Origin: Octopus sinensis
Taxonomy: Eukaryota
NCBI RefSeq assembly: GCF_006345805.1
Contig: NC_043012.1
Span: 48,236,001 to 48,300,000 of the forward strand
DNA length: 64,000 bases
Reading direction: 5' to 3'
Shown here: one piece after another, positions 53,333 to 64,000 of the stretch
How the letters are laid out: each line of letters starts with the position of its first letter
Numbering within the stretch: position 1 is the first letter of the stretch
The notes under the pieces: generated by a model
Database searches by the model: none
The model's input: the letters and a program-made list of their open reading frames with translations, nothing else
Told to the model about the DNA's origin: nothing
Translations under genes and position numbers: made by a program

Positions 53333-55474
53333 GCTATTCTTGTTGTTGGACTCATGACAAAAATCATTCTAGCTAATTGTGTTTATCAAGGAACTTCATC
53401 GTCCACTAGATCCTTGTTTCATTTTTAATGTGTTGTTTCAATAGAACTTAGTGCCTAATTCTTTATTTCTATTGGCCTATTTCTGCTTATTCCGTTTATC
53501 TGATACTATGTTATATCGAATCAATGTTCCTCGCTACAGAATAGATATTCTTGTTCCTGTTATGTCCACTATTTATGAACTATATCTTTATTTACTCTCA
53601 ATATTTTTCTCTCTCCTACCGTAATTATTGACTTAATTATTGGTTATTATCTTCTGGCATGAGACCACTAACTTATTGAGTGAAACATTTATAAATATAG
53701 TTCGTCCACACCATATTTTCCGGAGAACATTCTAAATCCTATTCTCTGTCTTCTTATTTCTTTTTAGGTCACCTAATTTTCAATATATTCTATTGAATAC
53801 TTCATTAATTGCCGTGACTATATTTATTACATTATACACTCATTATTTTGTCCTTGATATATTGGTTCAGTTTCTAATTTTATGCCCAGTTATTTCACTT
53901 ATATTTTTAACTCCTCTTTTTTTGTGTCTGTATATTTATACTTAATTCATTCGTAGAGTTTTATGAAGACGTTACGAATATATAAATAAATATTACTTTC
54001 ATGTTTATTTTTTGTTAGATTTCTTTTGTTTCGGGTGGTCTAAATATCTTTAGAGAATCTTTGTTGATTTCCCATGAATGCTGTTTAGTTTTAAATCATT
54101 CATAGAGAGTAATTATTCGCCAAAAAAAAAAAAAAAAAAGAAGGAGTAAAGTGAGTCATCTTAGAAAATCCACATTGTAAATATTGGTGATGGTGTTTTG
54201 ATTTCTGAATGTTTAACGCTACCAAATTTATCAAACCGCTTCCGTGGGTACTCGGTTTTAGGATAGCATTGGTTTAGGAAATTTTTTTTTTTTTTAAAGA
54301 ATTACGATTGTGTGTGCCTGTGCTTTGGGGTGTGTATATGCGTAGCATCATCGACTGGTCGAAACGCTTGTTTTAAAACCTTAAGTTCACAGGTTCTTTC
54401 CCACCGCGTAGTATCTTGGGTATGTGACTTGTACTATAGTCACGAATGTACTCTAGCGCTGTGAGAGAAATTGAGTAGACGTAGTACATCCTTGGACGTT
54501 TATTATTGTCATTCAGGGATTTGGCCTCATCACACCCTGTGTCACAAAGCTTTCACCTGAAAGTTAGGTTAAGCTTACTCGTAAAATCAATGAACAGGGA
54601 GTTCCGTTGATCGAAAAACTAAATATAAATCGTCGAAACCATCAAAAATACATTTACTTTCTAGGAGGTCTATGTATGTAACAAAACAATTCGCTATTAA
54701 CGTATTCGTTCTGTTTTAAATATTATTTCCACGAAATCATTATTTTTCTCCCATAACAAAGGTTTCTTTTTTCCCAGTGAGAAATATATATAAAATATCA
54801 TATTTTTATCATACATGCGTTCGCAAATGATAATGTATTTTTAATTTTCAAACATGTTACTTTCAATAATTCTAACTCATCTCTTACCGTAGGGGCTATA
54901 ATACAATTATTGTCATATATTTTTGTTATCACTATTGGATAGATTTTATATATAAATAAACGCTTCGATTTCTTGTAAAAATATACATTATCTATATATA
55001 TATATCTACCAACTATTATTCACAAGTTACTTTTCTTTTTTTAAAATTAACTCAATCTTGTCGGATGTTCACCACCTCTCAATATGTCTCCGCAGTCGTG
55101 AGGCATGGGTTTTATCATTTCATTTTTGTTTTCTCCAACTTTCTCAGATTATCAGATTTCTTAACGTCTAAAATATTGCTGAATGTAGAACTGTGAAGCA
55201 AACTGATGTGACTTATTGTAAGATAAGCATTTTACGCCGTAGCAACCGGTTTTTATATGAAGCAAACTATAGCGTTATATAAACGGCATGCTGTACACAA
55301 GAAATAGATATGCACAAAAAAAAATCATTCACCAATTAGATTCGGTTGCTAATAATTCTAAGTGTAAAACTTTCTCCATCTCAATTACAAAACCTTGATG
55401 ACCTGTATTCCAGACTGTTATTTAATTCAAACTTATTCAAATATTATAGACTCCAATATATAATAGACTCTTGG

Positions 55475-55660
55475 GTGGCAAGCTGGCAGAATCGTTAGCA
55501 CTCCGGGCAAAATGCTTAAACGTATTTCATCCGTCATTATGTTTTAAGTTCAAATTCCGCCGAGGTCGGCTTTGCCTTTCGTCCTTTCGGAATCAATGAA
55601 ATAAGTACCAGTTGAGCACTGCCTCAAACTTGCCGGCCCAGTGCCAAAATTTGAAATCAA
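55475..55660 (+). mobile_element. SINE family A
   Basis: GGTGGCAAGCTGGCAGAATCGTTAGCACTCCGGGCAAAATGC...AAGTTCAAATTCCGCCGAGGTCGGC. Confidence 0.85.
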
Positions 55661-56633
55661 TTTATAATAGACTCTTCTATCAGCCAAATGTCCTTTAAAT
55701 TAGATACTTTAGCGTTGTCCGACATACCCTTAAAACACGGAGTGGTCGTATGTCGAGTGCTTTAGCTCATATGTCTGCTCGATGAACGTTGACCATTGGG
55801 AGGCAATGGGGGAGGGGTAAAACAGTAACAAGAGCCAATTAAAAGTTTCTCCAAATTACGCACAGCTTTCTTTAAAATGGAGACATTGGTTAATATTTAT
55901 GATGATTTATGTCTGAAAAGACGAGTTTGTCACAACCTGAATATCCCTGATTATTGTTCTGTTTGGGTAGGTTTGAGTCGCGATTAGAAAACGATAACAG
56001 CCATTACATCCTACTATCTTATAAGCACTTATAAGCTGACACAAATTTATATAAACGACGTCAAAGATGACAGTATGGTCACGGTTATCCTGGAGTAAAA
56101 GAACAGTAATAACATCCATATTCAGATCAAATGTTTCCCCACAACCATTTATATCTCAAATATCAAATTTACATTAGACTCATCAGCACATGGAACGAAG
56201 AGGAAGTTCCTATATAGAGGATCGCTCTGCTAGAAATAGCAGGTACACCTTCCTCAAATCACAACTCATCAATAAATAATTGGTCAATGTTTAATATTTC
56301 TCTGTATGTAACGGAATATCCAAATGGTAAATCAGAAGATTCTTCTTTGGTCTTTGGAAAAATAATGGTTTATTTCTTAGAATTTTCTTTTACACCTAGC
56401 GGAGCGCGAAGCGTTCCTCACGACCGCAGGTCCGTGAAATGGTCGTGCTCAGCAAACAGGTCTGAGTAAGAACTGGAAACAGAAGTATGGACACGCAATG
56501 CACATGTGATGTGTGTGTTTATGAGCGAAACACCTAAGCTCCACACGGCTCCGGCAGAAGTTAATGGCCAAATTCTGCTGACTCTTCCGCCACAACTTTC
56601 TCTCACTCTTTCCTCCTGCATCCAGCAGCTCAC

Positions 56634-56676
56634 CTAAGACCAATCGGCGTTCCGTCCAGGTGGGGAACCAATACGC
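56634..56676 (-). other. Candidate small exon of an unidentified host gene
   Basis: Strong acceptor ccctgtttcacag| and donor TAG|gtgagc within a GC-richer unique island; two frames open; no homology recognised. Confidence 0.2.
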
Positions 56677-56881
56677 CTGTGAAACAGGGAAACAGGCCCT
56701 TATGAGCCAAACATGGCTCGAGAAAAAAAAAGCAACAATAACAACAACAACAACAACATACTTCTGATAAGCTGACCTGCCAACTTTTTATCCCAAACTG
56801 AAGGAGACAGCTGGATCAGCATTTTGAATACATCCTACGACACTATGCTTCTTACGGCTGATTACTTTACATAATGCTATT

Positions 56882-57963
56882 GGGATTTGAAGACAATTTT
56901 GGAAGCTCATTATGCAAAACATGTTTATGTTTAAACTAGGCAAAATGCTACAGAAACTTGTGATATGCTCCAGGCTGCTTATGGATTGACTCGTATGAGA
57001 CGAGCCTATTTATTAGGTTGGCACAAGAGGTTCAAAGATGTTAGAGAAAAACTGAGATTCGACGAGAGGAGTAGGAGGGTGCTGGATGTCGAAACCTCAA
57101 AGCTGGTTGAGATAATTAGCAATTTTCTAGATGAAGATCGTCATGTGTTTATAGAGGTAATAAGCATACCATTTCGACTTGGTATGGCATCTTTACACAG
57201 AATTATTCATTACAATCTTTACAAGCTCAAAATGTGTGCAAAGTTTATTTCCAGGGTGCACTTTGACGAACAGAAGGAAATATGCGTTGGAGATATGAGG
57301 GAAGTGGTTGAGCTCGTTACCTCGATTCCAGGAGTACTACAGTCTCTGGTGACTTGAGATGAACTCTGGATCTACTGTTATGATCCAGAGACGAAGACAC
57401 CGAGTTTCCAATGGAAGCATGATTGAATCTCCCAGGTCCAAAACGGCTAGGCAAGGCAAAGGAAGTTCACTGAGAGACTGGGGATGATGAGCTTTTTCGA
57501 CAGCAAAGAGCATTTCTACATCGACTGGGTTCCCTCTGAACAGACAGTCAATAAAGAGTACTCTGTGGAGAGATTTCGTCACAAAAAGCTAGAGCTTTTC
57601 TACTCTAATCGCTGGCACTTGCATCAGAACAATCCACAAGTCTAGTCCTATCTTGGAAAACAACCACTTCATAGAGATGGGCCTCAAAACCCACGTCATG
57701 TCAGCAGTTTTTATCTTGCTCCCTCTTCCAAACTCTAAGAGAAACACAAGGGTGGTTGTTTTAAAGAAATTGTGAAAATGGAAGAAGTTGTAACAAGGGT
57801 CCTAAACACATCACTTGGGAGAACTACCATGGGGTTTAACGAAGTAGCTAGAAGCCATTGATGTCAAAGCATCCTACTTTGAAGGAGACTATAGTTTTGT
57901 ACTTCGAAATTAACAAATATCTCTCCTGAAAAATATCTCATAACTTCTAGAATGCATCGCGTA
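56882..57963 (+). mobile_element. Decayed mariner-family transposon
   Basis: FKLG(K)NATETCDMLQAAYG..WHKRFKD (HTH); LKMCAKFISR..DEQK; SLVT*DELWIYCYDPETK..QWKH (cf. TGDETW.Y.YDPETK); FFDSK; WVPSEQTVNKEY; WHLHQNN; YFEGD near the 3' end. Many frameshifts. Confidence 0.88.
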
Positions 57964-58053
57964 GTTCTGCGAAAATAAAACATATGCATGGATGAAATGC
58001 TTCTGAACATCTATCTGGACTGACCTTTAAGCTAATACTACTACTACTACTAT

Positions 58054-58136
<83 letters not shown>

Positions 58137-58768
58137 CTGCTGATGCCTCTGCTGGGAAACGTTATCAAGAGACTTCGATAGAAAAAATTCTATTTAAACC
58201 ATGTAAAATAAAATTAAAGTTCTAAATTTAGTCCCGACAACTACACCTTATATAGAAATAGATACTTAATTTTCTGCAGTTTAACTTATTTATTTGTAAA
58301 GGTTAAAATAGGTATACATGTAAATAATGAATAACTATTTTTAATATAGCTTTTGACTTTCTGCTCCAAAATATTTTTATCTGCCCAAAAGGGCACGGCG
58401 AATAAATAAAAGCATGTGTTTTGGGGTACGTCTGGTTTAGACTTATAATTATCACTAAGTGTTCGGGTATCTGTGTAATTGCTCAACTAACGTCACCTTC
58501 TGTTATGCAGACTAATTACATACTTGGTTCAAATGAACACAACATCCGTCTTCGTTTCTTCTGACCAATAACTATGAAGACTTTTTATAATTGTTCTTGG
58601 GTCGGGTGGGGCTAGTGGTGTCCTTGTCTTTGGTGTTATGATATTTGCATGTTTAATGTTATGTGTGTTCATATTTGTTATGTGATGCACTATATATTCC
58701 GCTGCGTCAATCTCTGTATCGTAAATATTTGCTGTTATTACTGTTTTAGAGACGGAGCAAGTTTTGAT

Positions 58769-58956
58769 CGTTGGCGATATTCTTTCTCCGTCTTCCCTTC
58801 CTTGGACCATTCCTTTTTCTATGTTTCTGACGAAGTGCTCCGCTCGAAACGTTAAGTCCTCCTTCTTTCTTTCCTTTCCTGACCGTCCAATAACACTATA
58901 TTTGTTCCACGTCCTCGCGTCGTTATGTTTTCTCTTTGTTCATGCTTAGAGTAACT
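58769..58956 (+). mobile_element. Solo PLE-type terminal repeat fragment with minimal hammerhead-like core
   Basis: CTGACGA-A-GTGC-tcc-GCTC-GAAAC-GTTAAGTC at 58827-58858; paralogue of 4680-4870; ends GAGTAACT(AT)n. Confidence 0.65.
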
Positions 58957-59180
58957 ATATATATATATATATACAAAATAAGAAAATGGAGAAATACACC
59001 TTAATCAATAATCAACTACCAGATAATACCCAATCACATAATTTATTAACCCACTACATATGAACATTAAGGTCAAACATAATAATATAGAACAAAACAA
59101 TGCACATCAATGAGTAATATGATACAATAAGTACAATATGTATAAGTGAATATAAATAAATATAAATATAAATATAAACT

Positions 59181-59285
59181 ACATCTTACAGCTGTTTCAG
59201 CCATGCAGATATGGGTATCTCATTATGCTCATAATGTGATACATATACTGCGTGATACATATATTGTTTTGCTGATATTATTGTT

Positions 59286-59340
<55 letters not shown>

Positions 59341-59795
59341 TTAGTAGCAATGGTGGTAATGGTAATAATAATGATGGTAATATTAATGGCATTTTGTAAC
59401 TTAATATAATGAACTCTTGACTTTGTATATGTGCATTTGAATATAGATATGTGTATGTTTGTATATTGTAATATTCTAATACATTGTTTTGACCAACTGT
59501 AACCTTGAATATAGAACATATGTATGTATATTATTATGTATATGTGTATATATATATATATAGGAGCATGGGTATATGCACTCATATGTATGTGTATATT
59601 ATATATTATGGGTATGTACCCACTCTTGTATGGGTGTACCTCCTCTGATATTCATATTTAGTTTAGTTTGTACTTTATAATCTCTGAAGAAGCCTTGGGA
59701 TATTTTTGTGTCTCATTTATAACCACATATTATCTTATCACACCAGGCTAATATGAGCATAATGAGATACCCATATCTGCATGGCTGAAACAGCT
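59181..59795. mobile_element. PLE-like terminal remnant: perfect 44-bp inverted repeat carrying halves of a long-stem-II hammerhead
   Basis: 59190-59233 is the exact reverse complement of 59752-59795. Plus copy: ATCT-CTGAAGA-AGCC...GGCT-GAAAC-AGCT. The minus copy continues GAAACAGCT-GTA-AGAT. Confidence 0.6.
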
Positions 59796-59981
59796 CAAGG
59801 GCGGACTATACTCGAGGATTTACGGTATATTATATATATTACATATATAAATAATGTGAGTGAACGAACAAATGTAGCACTCAACACCTTTGGGGGAAGT
59901 TACATACGCTTTTTCATAACGATTCAGCTTCACATAACGCATCCGTACAACTGTAAGTCATATGGATCTGAATTAAACAGC

Positions 59982-60324
59982 TCTTCACACATACACACAG
60001 ACGCGAGCGTGTTCCCACACTCTCAAGTGTGTATATTAATAAAAATGTGTCGTCAGGATTTGGATAAAAACTATTTATTTGGCGGTTTTGTTCCTTTGAG
60101 AGATTCGTCATGAACGATATTTTTATTTAAAAATCATACCTTTTATATATAAAGGCGTAGGAGAGACTGTGTGGTAAGTAGCTTGCTTATCATCCACATG
60201 ATTACGAGTCCAGTTCCACTGATTGGCACCTTGGGCAAGTGTCTTCTACTATAGCCTCGGGCCGACCAAAGCCTTGTGAGTGGATTTGGTAGACGGAAAC
60301 TGAAAGAAGCCCGTCGTATAAATG

Positions 60325-60365
<41 letters not shown>

Positions 60366-60758
60366 ATGTATATGTGTGTGTGTTTGTATGTCTGTGTTTG
60401 TACCCCCAACGTTGCTTGACAACCGATGCTGGTGTGTTTACGTCCCTGTAACTTAGCGGTTCAGTAAAAGAGGACGATAGAATAAGTACTAGGCTTACAA
60501 AGAATAAGTCCTGGGGACGATTTGCTCGACTAAAGGCGGTGCTCCAGCATGGCCACAGTCAAATGACTGAAACAAGGAGAAGAGTAGTTCTTCACACATA
60601 CACACAGACGCGCGCGTGTTCCCACACTCTCAAGTATGTATTTTAATAAAAATATGTTGCCAGGATTTTGGATAAAAACTATTTATTTGGCGGTTTCGCT
60701 CCTTTGGGTGATTCGTCATGAACGATATTTTTATAAAAATTCATACCTTTTATATATA
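59982..60758 (+). repeat. ~170-bp direct repeat (59982-60151 / 60589-60758) exactly bracketing a SINE
   Basis: TCTTCACACATACACACAGACGCG.GCGTGTTCCCACACTCTCAAGT...GGATAAAAACTATTTATTTGGCGGTTT...CATACCTTTTATATATA occurs twice. Confidence 0.88.
60154..60587 (+). mobile_element. SINE family B, full length
   Basis: GGCGTAGGAGAGACTGTGTGGTAAGTAGCTTGC head through to GGCGGTGCTCCAGCATGGCCACAGTCAAATGACTGAAACAAG tail. Confidence 0.92.
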
Positions 60759-61228
60759 TGTGAGTTGAAAATGTCTTGAGTTGAAGTTGTTTTCTTAGCT
60801 AAGAAATTCTTGTGCAAGAATTCCAGTAATATTTTCTGATAAAATGGTATTCGATTCAGGTGCAATATTCAATTTCTTAAACTTTAAAATGAGTGTTTTC
60901 ATAGAAACATAAGAACAAATAACTAATTGTATAAAAACCAAGCCTTCAAACTTAATAGAACCTAGAAAGTATATAGTATAAGTATATAGTCTTTAGAGTA
61001 AATATAGTATTAAATGTGATATATTTTCGATTGGTAATCATATAATATTTCTCAACACAATATACGTACCCAAGTTCTTTAATACAATCTCTACGAAAAC
61101 TAACTACAGCTTATAAACTCAAAGTATGACACCCTGAATATGAAGAACCAAGTATCTAGCAATGCATAACATATGTACCTGTAACAGTTCGCAGTCAAAT
61201 GCTTTCCGTGAAAGCAATTATTTTAAAG

Positions 61229-61570
61229 CTATCCCCCATGGCTCAGTGGTTAGAGCGTCGAGCTCACAATCATGAGGTAGTGAGTTCGACTCCCGGACCG
61301 GGCTGTATGTTGTGTTCTTGAGCAAGACACTTTATTTTATGTTGCTCCAGTTCACACAGCTGTAGTAATGAGTTGCGGCAACATTAAAAACCAATTTGTA
61401 TCGGACTTTGCTTTCCCTTGGATAACATCAGTGACATCGAGAGGGGAGGCCGGTATGCATGGGCAACTGCTGGTCTTCAATAAACAACCTTACCCGCACT
61501 TCTGCCTCGGAAGGCAAATTTCTACGCGCAATCTCATGGTCATTCATGACCGAAGTGGTGGTCTTTACTC
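61229..61570 (+). mobile_element. SINE family C variant with well-preserved tRNA-like head
   Basis: ATGGCTCAGTGGTTAGAGCG...GAGTTCGACTCCCGG then GTTGTGTTCTTGAGCAAGACACTTTA; the 3' half differs from the 48250 copy. Confidence 0.75.
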
Positions 61571-61673
61571 TTTACTCTATACTACAGTAGGGATATAGCA
61601 GAAAATTTTCTGGAATTTTGACACGAGTGGCACTATAATTCAACATTAACACGCAAAATATTTACTTACTTTA

Positions 61674-61835
61674 GGCGCAGGAGTGGCTGTGGAGTAAGTA
61701 GCTTACTTAAGAACGACATGGTTCCGGTTTCATTCCCCCTGCGTGGCACCTTGTGCAAGTGTCTTCTACTATAACCTCGAGCCGTCCAAAGCCTTTTGAG
61801 TAGATTTGGTAGACGGAAATTGAAAGAAGCCCGTC

Positions 61836-61878
<43 letters not shown>

Positions 61879-62080
61879 ATATATATGTCTGTGTATATAC
61901 TTGTGAGTCTGTGTTTTCCCCCAACATCGTTTGACAACCGATGGTGGTGTGTTTACGTCCCCGTATCTTAGCGGTTCGCCAATCAGACCGATAGAATAAG
62001 TCCTGGGGTCGATTAGCGGGACGAAAAGCGGTGCTCTAGCATGGCCGTAGTCAAACGACTGAAACAACTAAAAGAGTAAA
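61674..62080 (+). mobile_element. SINE family B, full length
   Basis: GGCGCAGGAGTGGCTGTGGAGTAAGTAGCTTAC...GTGGCACCTTGTGCAAGTGTCTTCTACTATA...GCGGTGCTCTAGCATGGCCGTAGTCAAACGACTGAAAC. Confidence 0.9.
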
Positions 62081-63379
62081 TGAGATTACTCAATGGGAGA
62101 AACGAGTTCGTTTCTCTTTGCAGACAGAAAATTACTTCACACTGACAAAATCATCGGAGATGTGTTAAGATTACAATGTAACTGCTGGATGGCAGATCAG
62201 CAGCTAAATATATGTACACAAGAACCAGCTACTCACCACGTTATAGGGAAGTGCCAACACGGATTGACGACCGCGAAAAAAACCAATGAACTAACGAATG
62301 AATATGTCAGGCACATACGGGAATGTAATTAGTTTGAACATCTGAATAAGTTGCCTGAAACATCACAGAACATGGAACACGATTGGCAACCAAATTCTCA
62401 TATATGGAAGTGTGCGGATGTCTGTGCTTGTGTGTGAGTTTGTATATATTAACATATGTATGCATGAATGCATGGATGTATGCGCATTTGTGTGTATGTG
62501 TGTGTGCGTGTGTGTGTGTGCGTGTGTGTGTGTGTGTGTGTTTACACGTATATTTTCTATTAGTTTCTAGAGTTCCTGTCGCCTAAATTCGAGTTCAATT
62601 TCCAAAGTTTAATTTCCAGCTCAAAGATTGTTATTAGAAGGCCGTTTATTCACTTATTTCAAAAAAATTCAATACTCGACAACATACAAGATCCACTGCA
62701 CATAAACATGTAATCTCACCTTTCTTCCACTTCTTCTATCGCTCCTATATCGGCTTCTGACTTTCCAGTCCTCCAAATCTATCGCTGTCACTCTCGTCAT
62801 GCGTTACCTAAACTGCAACGATCAAAAGTGCTCCGTTTTCACATTTCTTCATTCAGATATCGACAAACGAAGTACAATTAACCTGGATATAAGAGAGATT
62901 ACAAAGGCAATGGACACTGCCAAGGTCTATTCTTCTGGCTAATTAATTTGAGAAAGAAAACTCATTATCAGGGTTTTTAGTGTTTTTATCAAAGAGCGTC
63001 GCGGATTTTCGTCGCCATATTGCCTGAAGCAATTTAACAATTTAAAGGAGATATTTGTATGTCAATAACCACACTTTGTCAGACGGGAGAAAATAAATCA
63101 GAAATATTAGGTTAAAGGGAATATGACAGATGTACAAGAGAAGGTTACAGTAGCAAACAACAACAACAATAATATAAACTACAAGTAAGTAGAAATAACA
63201 GGAAAAAATTATATATAGACATGGTAATTAAAGATGATTAGCATTTTCGGAGTTAACTGCAATACAACAAAATACATTCAATATTTCTCTCTTTCTCTTC
63301 CACTCTCATATTCTGCCTTTCTTCCCCTTCTTCTCTGTCTCTGTCTGACCGTCTGTCTAACTGTCTGTCTGTTTGTCTG

Positions 63380-63423
<44 letters not shown>

Positions 63424-64000
63424 CTTTTCACTTGTCTTCTTTTGTTAATAATTGTTTTTCTACTCATGCATATATGTGTGTATGTGTGTGCGTGTGCATC
63501 TTTATGTGTGTGCATGTGTACACAAATATATATATTTATATTTATAAATGTGTGAGTCCGTGTGTCTCGCGTCTGTAAACATACATGCAGACATCCAATC
63601 AGTTATACATATACAGACATACATATGCATATGTCAATAAATATAATAATATAAGTTTGTATGCACATATATGCATACACACACATACACACATGCGCGC
63701 ACACGCAAACACACACGCACGCGTGCACACATACACACACAAGCACATATACACACACACACACATATATATATAAACACACCCACACACACACGTATGC
63801 ATAATACATTTAAAGTGATTGAATACATATGCGAAGATATTTATAGTTCGTGTGTATGTGTATGTGTATGCGTGTATGCATATTTGTTTGTGTGTTTTCT
63901 TATGTATACGTGTTTATGTGTTTGTATTATTGATGATAATTTTATACTTTGTCCTGTTTCTTTCTGTTTATTTCCCCCTTCCACTCCCCCCACCCCCCAA

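Noticed and set aside
33418-56466. Plus-strand exon candidates (33418, 40111, 50165, 50856, 56401)
   Set aside because: AG/GT sites are plausible, but I found no recognisable peptide and did not establish a consistent joined frame. They are indistinguishable from chance without RNA data.
61238-61300. tRNA gene-like sequence (TGGCTCAGTGGTTAGAGC...GTTCGACTCCC)
   Set aside because: The anticodon and acceptor stems do not pair and it runs directly into a SINE core. It is a SINE head, as are the A/B boxes of families A and B.

Overview
AT-rich, microsatellite-saturated eukaryotic DNA. The tRNA-derived SINE families match ones I recognise from octopus/coleoid cephalopod genomes (inference, not a database result). 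There is no recognisable intact host gene, rRNA, real tRNA or CRISPR array, and nearly all ORFs in the supplied track are translations of (CA)n/(TA)n/(TTA)n/(TTC)n tracts. The window is a transposon landscape: (i) Penelope-like retroelement (PLE) pieces from at least two lineages, with GIY-YIG endonuclease coding remnants at ~316-975 (+) and 9462-10000 (-); (ii) hammerhead ribozyme (HHR) motifs of three sequence types at PLE-type termini, including a complete type I HHR present twice (6237-6287 -, 10675-10725 +); (iii) a stack of 5'-truncated R4/Dong-like retrotransposons (restriction-like endonuclease) embedded in (TAA)n at 21.2-24.1 kb; (iv) decayed Tc1 (31.8-33.2 kb), mariner (56.9-58.0 kb) and RTE LINE (47.1-47.7 kb) copies; (v) a TIR-bounded MITE carrying (CCCTAA)3; (vi) about 25 SINE copies or fragments from three families. 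The most notable observation is a recurring architecture of inverted repeats with outward-facing hammerheads at three size scales: ~4.5 kb with an endonuclease remnant, a 306-bp ORF-less foldback, and a ~0.6-kb split copy. A weak chain of small minus-strand exon candidates may belong to a host gene but is unconfirmed.
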